A stretch of DNA of 64,000 nt from an uncultured delta proteobacterium. Its GTDB lineage: Bacteria > Myxococcota_A > Polyangia > Polyangiales > Houyiibacteriaceae. Below are positions 43,520 to 54,037 of this stretch, in pieces. Position numbers and translations under genes: made by a program. The notes under the pieces are model-generated. The model saw only the letters and a list, made by a program, of their open reading frames with translations, was not told where the DNA came from and searched no databases. The first letter of the stretch is position 1. The number at the start of each line of letters is the position of its first letter. The stretch covers positions 1,664,001 through 1,728,000 of the forward strand of contig CAVOVB010000001.1 in the NCBI GenBank assembly GCA_963699755.1. Reading direction: 5' to 3'.

Positions 43520-45601
43520 ATGCAAAATCTGATTTACGCAGCCCCAGCAGCGGGTGTGCTTGCTCTGATCTTCGCCTGGGTGAAGGCGAACTGGGTTTCT
43601 CGGCAGGATCCTGGCGACGCCAGCATGGTTGAAATCGCTGGCCTGATTCAGGAAGGTGCCCTGGCATTCCTTCGGGCGGAGTACCGCGTGCTTTCGATTT
43701 TCGTGCTCGTCGTCGGCGCGATCCTGGGCGTTGCCTACTACGGCGACCCTCAGCGCGGCTGGCAGATCGCGGGCGCATTCGTCCTCGGGGCGGCAGCGTC
43801 GGCCTTGGCAGGCTGGGCCGGCATGAAGGTGGCGACCAACGCCAACGTGCGAACCACCGCCGCGGCTCGAATCGGGCTCTCGCCTGCGCTCGACGTCGCG
43901 TTCTCCGGCGGCACCGTCATGGGCATGACCGTCGTCGGTCTGGCGACCATTGGTCTCAGCGGGCTCTACCTGCTCTTCACCAACGTGCTCGGCTGGGAGC
44001 TCGCCCGCACGGTCAACGTGATCACCGGGTTCTCGATGGGTGCTTCCTCCATCGCGCTCTTCGCGCGTGTCGGCGGCGGCATCTATACCAAGGCCGCGGA
44101 CGTCGGCGCGGACCTCGTCGGCAAGGTCGAGTCCGGCCTCCCTGAGGATGACCCCCGCAACCCTGCGGTCATCGCCGACAACGTTGGTGACAACGTTGGC
44201 GATGTCGCCGGGATGGGCGCCGACCTTTTCGAATCCTTCGTCGGCGCGATCATCGGCGCCATGGTCTTGGCGCTCGGCTTTGCCGCCGTGAAGAGCGGGG
44301 CGAGCGTCGGCCCGGTCGTCCTGCCGCTGGTCATCGCTGGAGCGGGGATCCTCTGCTCGATGGTGGGTACCTTCTTCGTGCGCACCAAAGAAGGCGGCAA
44401 TCCGCAGCACGCCCTGGACATGGGCGCGTTCGGTGCAGCGGGGGTCATGGCGCTCGCCACCTTCGGCATCGCCAAGTACATGTGGCCGGAAGGCGGCACG
44501 ATGAACGCCGCGGGCAAGGTCGTCACCTGGATGAATGTGGGTTGGGCGACGGTTGCAGGCCTTGCCGCAGGCGTTCTCGTTGGTCTGATCACCTCGTACT
44601 ACACCTCGATGGAGAAGCCTCCAGTCGATAGCATCGCCGAGCAGAGCAAAACCGGCACCGCCACGAACATCATCGCGGGTCTGGGTGTCGGCATGCAGTC
44701 GACGGCCCTGCCCATCATCGTCATCGCAGCCGGCGTGGTCGTCGCAGCCGAGGTCGCAGGCCTTTACGGCGTCGCGATCGCGGCGCTCGGCATGCTCTCG
44801 ACCACGGGCATTCAGCTCGCAGTCGACGCCTACGGCCCGATTGCCGACAACGCTGGCGGCATTGCCGAGATGAGCCATCAGGCACCTGAAGTCCGTCAGC
44901 GCACCGACAAGCTCGACGCCGTGGGCAACACCACCGCTGCCATCGGAAAGGGCTTTGCCATTGGCTCCGCAGCCATGACGGCTCTCGCGCTCTTCGCGGC
45001 ATTCGCTCAGACGGCAGGCATCACCGGCATCGACATCTCCAAGCCGCTCGTCATGGCCGGCCTGTTCCTTGGCGGGATGCTGCCCTTTCTCTTCTCTTCG
45101 ATGGCGATGAAGGCCGTCGGTGTCGCAGCGATGGACATGATCGAGGAGGTTCGTCGTCAGTTCCGTGAGATTCCAGGGCTGCTCGAGGGCAAGGCCAAGC
45201 CGGACACCGCGCGCTGCGTGAAGATCTCCACTGAGGCGTCGCTCAAGCGCATGATCGCGCCTGGCGCGCTTGCCATTCTCACCCCCGTTCTCGTGGGTTT
45301 CACCATGGGCCCGGAGCCGCTGGGCGGCTTGCTCGCTGGCGTGACCGTCTCGGGCGTGACGATGGCGCTTTTCATGGCGAATGCTGGTGGTGCTTGGGAC
45401 AACGCCAAAAAGTCCTTTGAAAGCGGGGGCTACAAGATGAAGGATGGCACGGTCCACCCGAAGGGTAGCGAGGCTCACAACGCCGCGGTCGTCGGTGACA
45501 CCGTCGGTGACCCTTTCAAGGACACCGCGGGTCCGTCGCTGAACATCCTGGTGAAGCTGATGAGCATCGTGGCGCTCGTTCTCGCGCCGCTGCTCGTCTA
45601 G
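43520..45601 (+). CDS. hppA: Membrane-bound pyrophosphatase, K+-dependent, probably Na+-translocating
   Basis: [49 protein letters not shown]. Confidence 0.95.
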   Translation: MQNLIYAAPAAGVLALIFAWVKANWVSRQDPGDASMVEIAGLIQEGALAFLRAEYRVLSIFVLVVGAILGVAYYGDPQRGWQIAGAFVLGAAASALAGWAGMKVATNANVRTTAAARIGLSPALDVAFSGGTVMGMTVVGLATIGLSGLYLLFTNVLGWELARTVNVITGFSMGASSIALFARVGGGIYTKAADVGADLVGKVESGLPEDDPRNPAVIADNVGDNVGDVAGMGADLFESFVGAIIGAMVLALGFAAVKSGASVGPVVLPLVIAGAGILCSMVGTFFVRTKEGGNPQHALDMGAFGAAGVMALATFGIAKYMWPEGGTMNAAGKVVTWMNVGWATVAGLAAGVLVGLITSYYTSMEKPPVDSIAEQSKTGTATNIIAGLGVGMQSTALPIIVIAAGVVVAAEVAGLYGVAIAALGMLSTTGIQLAVDAYGPIADNAGGIAEMSHQAPEVRQRTDKLDAVGNTTAAIGKGFAIGSAAMTALALFAAFAQTAGITGIDISKPLVMAGLFLGGMLPFLFSSMAMKAVGVAAMDMIEEVRRQFREIPGLLEGKAKPDTARCVKISTEASLKRMIAPGALAILTPVLVGFTMGPEPLGGLLAGVTVSGVTMALFMANAGGAWDNAKKSFESGGYKMKDGTVHPKGSEAHNAAVVGDTVGDPFKDTAGPSLNILVKLMSIVALVLAPLLV

Positions 45602-45727
45602 ACCCTCGTAAAGCCGATGCTTTGCATCGGCCGCGGGGCTTCGCCCCAGTGCATGCATGAGAAGACCCCGTCAGCCTTTGGCCGCGCGGGGTTTCTCTTT
45701 GGGCCTTGCCGGGGTTAGGATTGTCCG

Positions 45728-47377
45728 ATGGTCGACCCAAGCCGAACCGCTGCCTGGAAGGCCCTGCGCACGCATCACGAAGCGGTTGCCGACCTCGAGA
45801 TGCGTCACCTCTTCGGCGAGGATCCCGAACGCGCATCCCGCTTTTCCCTCATGCTCGGTGATCTTCTTTTCGATTACTCCAAAAATCGGATCACCGATCA
45901 GACGCTCACTTTGCTCGCCGCGCTCTGTGAACAGTGCGGAGTGCGCGATTGGATCGCTCGCATGTTCTCAGGCGATCCGATCAACGAAACCGAGGGGAGG
46001 GCCGTCCTCCACACGGCCCTTCGTAATCGCGGCGAGCGTCCGGTGATGGTCGGGGGTGTGGACGTCATGCCGGACGTGCGACGTGTGCTCTCGCAGATGC
46101 GTAAGTTCGCCGTCTCGGTTCGAGAAGGAGCCTGGCTAGGGCACAGCGGGCGCGCGATCACCGATGTCGTGAACATCGGAATCGGTGGCTCCGATCTCGG
46201 TCCGGTCATGGTCACGGAGGCGCTGCGCCCCTATTGGAAGCAGGGGCTCCGCGCGCACTTCGTGTCGAACGTCGACAGCAGCCATCTGAGCGAAGTGCTG
46301 CGCCGGGTGCAGCCTGAAACCACGCTTTTCATCGTGGCCTCCAAGACCTTCACCACGCAAGAGACGCTCACGAACGCGCGTTCTGCGCGCCAATGGCTCG
46401 TCGAGCGACTAGGCAGTGAAGACGCCGTGGCAAAACACTTCGTCGCGCTTTCAACGAACCGCGACGCGGTCGTGAAGTTTGGAATCGACCCGGAGAATAT
46501 GTTCGAATTCTGGGATTGGGTGGGTGGCCGGTACTCACTCTGGTCGGCCATTGGCCTTTCGATCGCCACCGTAGTCGGCATGGACAACTTCGAAGAGCTG
46601 CTCGCCGGGGCGTACGAAGTGGACGAGCACTTCCGAACTGCTCCGCTGCAGGAGAACATTCCCGTCGTCATGGCGATGCTCGGGGTCTGGTATCACAACT
46701 TCTTCGGCGCGCCTTCGCATGCGGTGCTGCCCTATGACCAGTATCTGCATCGCTTTCCGGCGTACCTTCAGCAGGCGGACATGGAGAGCAACGGCAAGAG
46801 TGCGTCGCGCGATGGGGAAATCATCGACGACTACACGACGGGGCCGATCGTTTGGGGGGAGCCGGGGACGAATGGGCAGCACGCGTTCTTTCAACTCCTG
46901 CACCAGGGAACACATTTGGTTCCTTGCGACTTCATCGTAGCGGCGCAGAGCCAGAATCCGATTGGCGAGCACCAGGACATCCTCGTGGCCAATTGCATTG
47001 CGCAAGCCGAGGCGATGATGCGTGGCAAGACGTCTGTCGAGGCCCGCGCCGAGCTCGAGGCGAGTGGTGCTTCTGCAGAGCGGGTCCAAGCGCTCGTCCC
47101 GCACAAGACCTTTGCGGGCAATCGTCCAAGCAATACGTTCATGCTGGACCGGCTCACACCGAGAGCGCTCGGCCGATTGATCGCGCTCTACGAGCATAAA
47201 ATCTTCGTGCAGGGAGTCATCTGGAACATTTACAGCTTCGATCAGTTCGGGGTCGAGCTCGGGAAGCAGCTCGCCAAGGTCATTCTTCCCGAGCTCGGTG
47301 GAGCCGACGGAGAGCATGATGGCTCCACCGACCAGTTGATCTCGTACTATCGAAAGCATAAGAAACCCGACCAATGA
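45728..47377 (+). CDS. pgi: Glucose-6-phosphate isomerase
   Basis: [42 protein letters not shown]. Confidence 0.98.
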   Translation: MVDPSRTAAWKALRTHHEAVADLEMRHLFGEDPERASRFSLMLGDLLFDYSKNRITDQTLTLLAALCEQCGVRDWIARMFSGDPINETEGRAVLHTALRNRGERPVMVGGVDVMPDVRRVLSQMRKFAVSVREGAWLGHSGRAITDVVNIGIGGSDLGPVMVTEALRPYWKQGLRAHFVSNVDSSHLSEVLRRVQPETTLFIVASKTFTTQETLTNARSARQWLVERLGSEDAVAKHFVALSTNRDAVVKFGIDPENMFEFWDWVGGRYSLWSAIGLSIATVVGMDNFEELLAGAYEVDEHFRTAPLQENIPVVMAMLGVWYHNFFGAPSHAVLPYDQYLHRFPAYLQQADMESNGKSASRDGEIIDDYTTGPIVWGEPGTNGQHAFFQLLHQGTHLVPCDFIVAAQSQNPIGEHQDILVANCIAQAEAMMRGKTSVEARAELEASGASAERVQALVPHKTFAGNRPSNTFMLDRLTPRALGRLIALYEHKIFVQGVIWNIYSFDQFGVELGKQLAKVILPELGGADGEHDGSTDQLISYYRKHKKPDQ

Positions 47378-48066
47378 CGACGCTTGCAGTCGATATCGGC
47401 GGGATGAGCCTCAAGCTCCTCGTGCTTGACGAACAGGGCGAGCCGCAATCGGAAACCGTGGCGCGACCCACGCCCGTGCCATCGAGTCCGGAAGCGCTAT
47501 TCACCTTGATTGACGACATGGCCGACACGCTGCCGCCCCACCAGCGAGTTTCGGTTGGTTTTCCGGGGGTGGTCAAAAACGGGGTGACCTGGAACGCGCC
47601 AAATCTCGGAGACGAGCTCTGGCATCGCGTTCCATTGAGCGAGACGTTGGGCTATCGCCTCGAACGCCCCGTTCGCGCGGTCAACGACGTCGATCTTCAG
47701 GGGCTCGGTGTCGTCCAAGGCGATGGCGTCGAGCTGGTGTTGACGCTTGGAACTGGAATGGGTGCGGCGCTGTTCACCGATGGCGCGCTCGTTCCAAACC
47801 TCGAGCTCGGGCACCATCCGTTTCGGGACGGACAAACCTACGAAGATCTCGTACGCGACAGCGAGCTCAAGCGCATCGGTCGGGTCGAATGGACGGCGCG
47901 GGTCCTCGATGCAATCGAGCAAATCGAGCCGATCTTCAACTACGATCGGCTCCACCTCGGCGGGGGCAACGCTCGGAACATTCAATCCGAGCTTCCCGGG
48001 AACGTCCGCGTCTTCTCCCTGGCAGAAGGGCTTCGCGGTGCGTTGAAGCTCTGGGACGACGCTTAA
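47374..48066 (+). CDS. ROK-family sugar kinase (polyphosphate glucokinase-like)
   Basis: VDIGG, VGFPG, NDVD, TLGTGMG, NLELGH, LGGGN. Confidence 0.85.
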   Translation: MTTLAVDIGGMSLKLLVLDEQGEPQSETVARPTPVPSSPEALFTLIDDMADTLPPHQRVSVGFPGVVKNGVTWNAPNLGDELWHRVPLSETLGYRLERPVRAVNDVDLQGLGVVQGDGVELVLTLGTGMGAALFTDGALVPNLELGHHPFRDGQTYEDLVRDSELKRIGRVEWTARVLDAIEQIEPIFNYDRLHLGGGNARNIQSELPGNVRVFSLAEGLRGALKLWDDA

Positions 48067-48704
48067 GCGCCGCCGACGAACGGGTTCAAGCGGCGCTCTT
48101 CGCCGATCGTCGTGTTGGGGCCGTGGCCGCAGATCACCAGCGTTTCATCCGGCAACGCGAAGAGCTTGCGTTTGATCGAGTCGACGAGCTGCGACTCGTT
48201 GCCGCCCCAAAGGTCGCTGCGGCCGACGCTGCGCGCGAAGAGGGTGTCGCCTGCGATGACAACGGGTCGATCCCCCTCCAAGGTGAGGCAAATACTGCCC
48301 GGCGAGTGCCCCGGCGTGTGAACGACGTCGGCCTCGAGCGCGCCCGCCAAGACCGTGTCGCCGTGTGAAAGAAAGCGATCGACCGCCGCCACCTCTGGTG
48401 CGCGAAAGGGCGCCCCGAAACCATCGAGCTGCATCTGCACGCCTTCATAGAGGAACAGATCTTCTTCGTGAATCATGATCGGCGCATGGGTCCCGTCCTG
48501 AACCTCTTTGGTGGCGCCGATGTGATCGAAGTGCGTGTGCGTGTGGACGATCCCCTCACATTTGAGCCCCAGCTCCTCAAGGCGAGCAAGAATCCGGGGC
48601 GCCTCGCCCCCGGGATCGACGACGATCCCCGTCCCCCGCTCCTCGTCGCCTAGAATCACGCAGTTGCAGCCCAGCGGCGCGACGGAGAAATGCTCGATGA
48701 TCAT
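48063..48704 (-). CDS. Metallo-beta-lactamase fold hydrolase (glyoxalase II-like)
   Basis: THTHFDH, HTPGHSPG, GDTLF, GHG. Confidence 0.92.
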   Translation of the reverse strand: MIIEHFSVAPLGCNCVILGDEERGTGIVVDPGGEAPRILARLEELGLKCEGIVHTHTHFDHIGATKEVQDGTHAPIMIHEEDLFLYEGVQMQLDGFGAPFRAPEVAAVDRFLSHGDTVLAGALEADVVHTPGHSPGSICLTLEGDRPVVIAGDTLFARSVGRSDLWGGNESQLVDSIKRKLFALPDETLVICGHGPNTTIGEERRLNPFVGGA

Positions 48705-48749
48705 GGGGGGTCCATAGCATCTTGGGGGTGACAGCGTCAGCGTTGGTTA

Positions 48750-48870
48750 CACCGCCCACCCACCCCCACCCGTAATCCTCCGTGGCGCGGCGGGCGCTGC
48801 GCTCCGCCTTGCCGGCGCGTTGCGCCGGGCTTCGCCCTTCGGGCTCGCGCTGCCGCCTGCCGTTTTGGGC
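48750..48870 (+). repeat. Dispersed ~125-bp structured intergenic repeat, copy 2
   Basis: Same 20-nt and 35-nt identical cores as copies 1 and 3. Confidence 0.88.
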
Positions 48871-49015
48871 AGGTTGTTCGCCCTGTTAGCTGCAGTGTCA
48901 GCGCCAGCGCCACTGCCGCGCCGGTACTGACATGGCGCCGGGGTCGTGCTACGCCCGCGCTCGTAGGCGGCAGCGCGATGGAGACCGCGGCGCCGATGAT
49001 CCCGGGAGAGTGAGC

Positions 49016-49297
49016 ATGCTCGACGTCAATGAGTACTTCGATGGCAAGGTGAAGTCGATCGGCTTTCAGACCGAAACCCTCCGCGCCACGGTGGGCGTGA
49101 TGGCCCCCGGGAACTACGAGTTTGGAACCACTGACAAAGAGACGGTGACCGTCGTCAGCGGGGCGCTGACGGTGAAGCTTCCAGGCTCCGACGACTGGGC
49201 GCGATACGATGCAGGTGCGAGCTTCGTGGTCGATGCACAGCGGAAGTTCCAGCTGCAGGTCGCCGTCGACACGGCCTACCTCTGTACCTACGAGTAG
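49016..49297 (+). CDS. ppnP: Pyrimidine/purine nucleoside phosphorylase (DUF1255)
   Basis: [33 protein letters not shown]. Confidence 0.92.
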   Translation: MLDVNEYFDGKVKSIGFQTETLRATVGVMAPGNYEFGTTDKETVTVVSGALTVKLPGSDDWARYDAGASFVVDAQRKFQLQVAVDTAYLCTYE

Positions 49298-49309
49298 GAA
49301 CGCGTCCTC

Positions 49310-50434
49310 GTGCGACTCCTATTCGTCTCCCATTCGTTTCCGCCGTCCGACGCTCCATTGAGCAACTTGGGAGGCATGCAGCGCGTGGCGACGGAGCTCC
49401 ACAGCGTGCTCGAAAAACGCGACGACGTGGTGATGCGAACCCTGGCACTTCGTTCGAGTTGGAAGTGGGTGCACATCAAGGCGGTACCGTTCTTGGCTTC
49501 GCTTGCGGTTCGACTTGGGCGCGAGGCCGCCGCGCACCGGGCCGATGCGATCCTTTTCACCAGTATGACCACCGCGCTTCCGCTTCTGATCGCCGGTCCC
49601 GCACTGAAGAACAGGGGCATCCGGCTCGCCGCGATTGTGCACGGACTGGACGTCACCGATCCGAACCCAATCTATCAGAAGGCGGTGCGGCGTCTCTGCG
49701 GAATGCTCGACGCCGCCATGCCGGTCAGCCACGCCACCGGCGAGCAGTTGGTGGCGCGCGGGTTGCCGCGTGAACGCGTGCATGTGGTTCCCAACGCCGT
49801 CGACCTCGATCGCTTCGAGGGGGTGGCGGCTGCCCGCATGGAGCCCGTCAAGCTGCACATTGCCGGCGCGCCTCCGCTGCCAGATGACGCCTTTCTCCTG
49901 GTCACGGTCGGACGCCAGGTCCGCCGCAAGGGATTCGCCTGGTTCATCGAGAGCGTCATGCCGAAGCTCCCAGACCGCGTCGTCTTCTGGCTTGCCGGTG
50001 ACGGGCCGGAACGGGAGAACATCGAAGCGGCGATTGTACGTTCCGGTCTTCGACGACGTGTTCGTTGCTTGGGCAAGATCTCCGAGGACGAGCTCGTCGA
50101 GCTCTACCGAAGAGGCCAGCTGTTCGTCATGCCGAACATCGTCGTCCCCGGCGACATGGAAGGCTTCGGCATCGTGATGCTCGAAGCGGGCGCCTGCGGT
50201 CTTCCCACGCTCGCCGCCGACCTCGAAGGCATCCGAGACGTGATCGACGAAGGCATCAACGGCTGGTTCGCACCGACCCAAGACGCGGATGCGTTTGCGA
50301 GACGGATTCAAGCTCTAGCGGATGACCCAGAAGGCCTGCGCGCCGCAAGCGAACGCACCGCCGAGTACGTCACCTCGACGTTCCCCTGGGACAACACGGC
50401 GGAACGCTACCTAGCCGTACTGCGCGGACTCTAA
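49310..50434 (+). CDS. Glycosyltransferase family 4
   Basis: FPP..GGMQR, HGLD, VGR.VRRKG, EGFGIVMLEA. Confidence 0.92.
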   Translation: MRLLFVSHSFPPSDAPLSNLGGMQRVATELHSVLEKRDDVVMRTLALRSSWKWVHIKAVPFLASLAVRLGREAAAHRADAILFTSMTTALPLLIAGPALKNRGIRLAAIVHGLDVTDPNPIYQKAVRRLCGMLDAAMPVSHATGEQLVARGLPRERVHVVPNAVDLDRFEGVAAARMEPVKLHIAGAPPLPDDAFLLVTVGRQVRRKGFAWFIESVMPKLPDRVVFWLAGDGPERENIEAAIVRSGLRRRVRCLGKISEDELVELYRRGQLFVMPNIVVPGDMEGFGIVMLEAGACGLPTLAADLEGIRDVIDEGINGWFAPTQDADAFARRIQALADDPEGLRAASERTAEYVTSTFPWDNTAERYLAVLRGL

Positions 50435-50560
50435 CACCGCCCCCCAAGACATGCGCGGCAGCGCGAGCCCGAAGGGCGAAGCCCGGCGCAACGCGCCGCC
50501 AAGCGCAAGCGCAGCGAAGCGCGCGGAGGGAGGATTACGGGTGGGGGTGGGCGGGCGGTG
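50435..50560 (-). repeat. Dispersed ~125-bp structured intergenic repeat, copy 3 (inverted; bounded by caccgccc/gggcggtg)
   Basis: Reverse complement matches copies 1 and 2; 8-bp terminal inverted repeat in this copy only. Confidence 0.88.
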
Positions 50561-50614
50561 CAACTAGATACCGACCAATTGACACCGCCCATTCCCGGTG
50601 CTGATCTTCGCCCC

Positions 50615-51244
50615 ATGAAGCTCCGCAGCGACAGTTTCAACGACCGGGATTTCCTTCCAATCCAATACGCGTTCGGCAAAAGAAGCGCCGACGCGCAGAT
50701 CGATCTTTCCGACAATCGCAACCCTCACTTGGCCTGGTCGGACCTGCCGCAAGGCACCCAATCGATCGCGCTACTCTGTATCGATGGCGACGCGCCGACC
50801 AAGCCCGACGATGTGAATCAGGTCGGCCGTGTCGTCCCCGCAGCGCTGCCGCGCACCGACTTCAGTCACTGGGTTCTCATCGATCTCAAACCGGATGCCA
50901 CCGTTGCCGAGGGAGCGTTCTGCGACGGCATCACGGCAAAGGGAAAGCATGGGCCCGAGGGTCCTCAGGGCAGCCGTCAGGGCATCAACGACTACACCGG
51001 CTGGTTCGCGTCCGATCCCGACATGGCCGGAGACTACTACGGCTACGACGGACCCTGTCCGCCGTTCAACGACAGCATCGTGCATCACTACCGCTTCACT
51101 GCCTATGCGCTGGACGTCGACCGTCTCGGCGTAGACGGCAAGTTCACGGCCACAGACGTGCTGGCTGCCATGGAGGGCCACATCCTGGGCGAAGCGACCA
51201 TGGTCGCGAAGTACGCGATCAACGCCGATGCCGAAGAGCTGTAA
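50615..51244 (+). CDS. YbhB/YbcL (PEBP) family protein
   Basis: NPHLAWS..P.GT.S, D.DAP, HWV, YDGPCPP, HHYRF. Confidence 0.9.
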   Translation: MKLRSDSFNDRDFLPIQYAFGKRSADAQIDLSDNRNPHLAWSDLPQGTQSIALLCIDGDAPTKPDDVNQVGRVVPAALPRTDFSHWVLIDLKPDATVAEGAFCDGITAKGKHGPEGPQGSRQGINDYTGWFASDPDMAGDYYGYDGPCPPFNDSIVHHYRFTAYALDVDRLGVDGKFTATDVLAAMEGHILGEATMVAKYAINADAEEL

Positions 51245-51253
51245 CCCCCCGCG

Positions 51254-51907
51254 ATGACCCGTCGGGAAAAAGCCGACCGCATCGGAGAAATCCTCGACAC
51301 GCTCTACCCCGAGCCTCCGATTCCGCTCGATCACCAGGATCCATTTACGCTCCTCGTGTCGGTCTTGCTGAGTGCGCAGACCACCGATAAGAAGGTCAAC
51401 GAGGTTACCCCGGCTTTGTTTTCCGAGGCTCCGGATCCCGAGTCCATGGCTGCCCTGCCCGTCGATCGGATCCTTGCTCACATTCGCACGGTGGGACTCG
51501 CACCCACCAAGGCAAAGAATCTCAAGTCGATGGCCGGCTTGCTGGTTGCGCGCCACGGTGGCCGGGTTCCCGACGACATCGACGCGCTCGAGGCGCTTCC
51601 GGGGGTCGGGCACAAGACGGCCTCCGTCGTCGTGTGCCAAGCTTTTGGACGACCGGCGTTTCCGGTTGACACGCACATTCATCGCCTCGCCGCGCGCTGG
51701 GGGCTCTCGGACGGAAAGAACGTCGTCAAGACCGAGGCCGATCTGAAGAAGCTTTTTCCCGAAGACACTTGGATTCGCCGCCACCTGCAGATCATCTACT
51801 TCGGCCGCGAGCATTGCCCCGCGCGAGGACACGACCTCAGCGAGTGTCCGATCTGCGGCTGGGCGGCGACCAAGAAGCGAATTGCGGAAGAATCGCGTCG
51901 CCGCTGA
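51254..51907 (+). CDS. nth: Endonuclease III
   Basis: LLSAQTTD, HhH LPGVGHKTA, VDTHI. Confidence 0.92.
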   Translation: MTRREKADRIGEILDTLYPEPPIPLDHQDPFTLLVSVLLSAQTTDKKVNEVTPALFSEAPDPESMAALPVDRILAHIRTVGLAPTKAKNLKSMAGLLVARHGGRVPDDIDALEALPGVGHKTASVVVCQAFGRPAFPVDTHIHRLAARWGLSDGKNVVKTEADLKKLFPEDTWIRRHLQIIYFGREHCPARGHDLSECPICGWAATKKRIAEESRRR

Positions 51908-51953
51908 CTGCCGGTACTGGTCGTTGGCCCGGCCGCGACCCATATTCGGAGCG

Positions 51954-52976
51954 ATGAGTATCGAATTCAGCCTGTTTCGAATCCCAATCCGCATCCATTT
52001 GTGGTTTTGGCTGATGGCACTCTGGCTTTGGACGCTGAACAGCGAACAGGGCTGGGCGGGGCTTCTGATCTGGGTCGTCGTCGTATTCCAGGGGATTCTC
52101 ATGCACGAGCTCGGCCACGCCATCGTCGGGCGCGTGTTCGGCAGGCAGCCGCGAATCGAGCTCATCGCGCTCGGCGGTCTGACCTGGTGGGAGCAACAAG
52201 AGCCGATGAGCCCTGGGCGAAGCCTGATGGTGAGCGCCGCGGGTCCCGCCGTGGGCATTTTCATCGGGTCGCTCGCCCTGGTCCTGATGGACGCGCTACG
52301 CATTCCCGACCCTTCGCTTGCGCGCTATGCGTTTCGCTCGCTGATCTTCGTCAACCTCGGCTGGGGAATCTTGAACCTCTTGCCGGTGCTACCGCTCGAC
52401 GGAGGCAACATCGTGGCATCGCTCATGGAGCTTCTCGCCCCGTCTCGCGGGCGATTGCTTGCCTGCTACGTTTCCTTCGCAGTCATTGGCTTGCTCTTCG
52501 CGGTGACGGTCACCTTGCGACAGTACCCGATGACCATTCTCCTTTTCCTGCTGGCGTTCAGCACGTACCAAGCGTTTCGAATTGAACGGCAGCGCCTCGC
52601 CTCACCAGCCGAGCAGGGTGCGCCACCCCCGGGCTTGGTGCAGCAAGCGTTCGAAGCGCTCGAGCGCGGCGACGGCCAGGGCTTGATTCGCGCAGCGTCG
52701 GAGCTCATCGCCAAAGCCGATTCGACCCCAGAGCTCGATGAGGCCTTTCACCTCTTGGCCTGGGGGCGGCTCATCAATGGGGAGCCGGGCGAGGCCCATC
52801 AAGCGCTGTCCTCGATGTCTGGGGAGCGAAGCGCCGATCCGGCTCTCGAAGGCGCCGTTCTCGTGGAGCTCGGGAAGCCCGCCGACGCCGTGCCCTTCCT
52901 AGAACGGGCCTGCGAGCGGGGAGGGGACTTCGCGCATGCATACTACCTACGCGCACTAGAAGAGAAAAACGCATAA
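51954..52976 (+). CDS. Site-2 protease (M50) with C-terminal TPR-like region
   Basis: HELGH, AGP, NLLPVLPLDGG. Confidence 0.9.
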   Translation: MSIEFSLFRIPIRIHLWFWLMALWLWTLNSEQGWAGLLIWVVVVFQGILMHELGHAIVGRVFGRQPRIELIALGGLTWWEQQEPMSPGRSLMVSAAGPAVGIFIGSLALVLMDALRIPDPSLARYAFRSLIFVNLGWGILNLLPVLPLDGGNIVASLMELLAPSRGRLLACYVSFAVIGLLFAVTVTLRQYPMTILLFLLAFSTYQAFRIERQRLASPAEQGAPPPGLVQQAFEALERGDGQGLIRAASELIAKADSTPELDEAFHLLAWGRLINGEPGEAHQALSSMSGERSADPALEGAVLVELGKPADAVPFLERACERGGDFAHAYYLRALEEKNA

Positions 52977-53048
52977 TTTCAGATGTTTGTACGAATTGTG
53001 GGTTCACCTAGCTTGCATCCATGCGAATGAGGGAATATATGATCTCCG

Positions 53049-54023
53049 ATGACTGTGGCCCTCGCCGAATCCCCGCGCTGGGAGCTCTACCGACTTCTCG
53101 GCGAGCCGAGGCGACTCCGTTTGCTCGGCCTCACTTCTGAAGACGAGCTCTCGATTGGCGAGCTCGCGGAGCTTACCCGGGAAGCGCAGCCGAACGTCTC
53201 CAAGCACTTGAAGCTGCTCCGTGAGGCGGGGCTGGTTGCCGTTCGGCGTCAGGGCACGCGCGCGTTCGCGAGGCTGTCGCCCGACTTGAACGGGGATCCC
53301 CTCTTGGCGGACGCGATTCGGTCCGGCCGAGCACTTTGCAGCGAAGATGGCAGCCTCGAGCGCGTCGCCACGGTGATTCGGGCGCGCGACGAAGATGCGC
53401 GCGAGTTCTTCGAGCAACCGGCGGACGATGCATCTCCAAGGTCGGTGTCCGAATGGTCTGCCTACCTCACGGCGATTCGCACTCTGCTGCCCCGACGTTC
53501 CCTCGCGGTCGATCTAGGCACCGGCGACGGCGCCCTCGTCGAGCTCCTGGCGCCTCTGTTCGACCGGGTCATTGCAGTTGACCGTTCCGCAAAGCAGCTT
53601 GCAGCCGCGCAGCGCAGGCTTTCGAGCCATGGCTACGATCACGTCGAGCTCATTCAAGCCGAGTACGACGATCCAGCCGTTTCGGATCGGGTTTGCGAGC
53701 TCGGCGGGGCCGATGCGGTGTTCGCCGTCCGCCTGCTCCACCATGCGCCGAAACCCCAGCAGGTGATGTCGCTTCTGGCCTCGCTCGTTCGCCCAGGCGG
53801 CCAGGCGGTGGTCATCGACTACTGCTCCCACGATGACGAGCTCATGCGCGAGCGCCAGGCCGACCTCTGGCTCGGATTCGACCGCGATGAGCTTTCTGGT
53901 TTCGCAAAGTCAGCGGGGTTGATTCACCCCGACATATTTGAAATTCCCGCGGCGCGCTACGGGCCTGGGCCGGACGCCCATTTGAAGTGGCAGGTGCTCG
54001 CAGCGCGACGTGGACCGAAATAG
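53049..54023 (+). CDS. ArsR-HTH plus SAM-methyltransferase-fold regulator (SahR-like)
   Basis: [40 protein letters not shown]; directly upstream of ahcY. Confidence 0.88.
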   Translation: MTVALAESPRWELYRLLGEPRRLRLLGLTSEDELSIGELAELTREAQPNVSKHLKLLREAGLVAVRRQGTRAFARLSPDLNGDPLLADAIRSGRALCSEDGSLERVATVIRARDEDAREFFEQPADDASPRSVSEWSAYLTAIRTLLPRRSLAVDLGTGDGALVELLAPLFDRVIAVDRSAKQLAAAQRRLSSHGYDHVELIQAEYDDPAVSDRVCELGGADAVFAVRLLHHAPKPQQVMSLLASLVRPGGQAVVIDYCSHDDELMRERQADLWLGFDRDELSGFAKSAGLIHPDIFEIPAARYGPGPDAHLKWQVLAARRGPK

Positions 54024-54037
54024 GAGACAACACGATC

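Noticed and set aside
43511..45658. 715-aa antisense ORF over hppA, and similar long antisense ORFs over rpoB, rpoC, rnr and the aldehyde dehydrogenase
   Set aside because: Shadow ORFs expected from high-GC codon bias; no recognisable motifs
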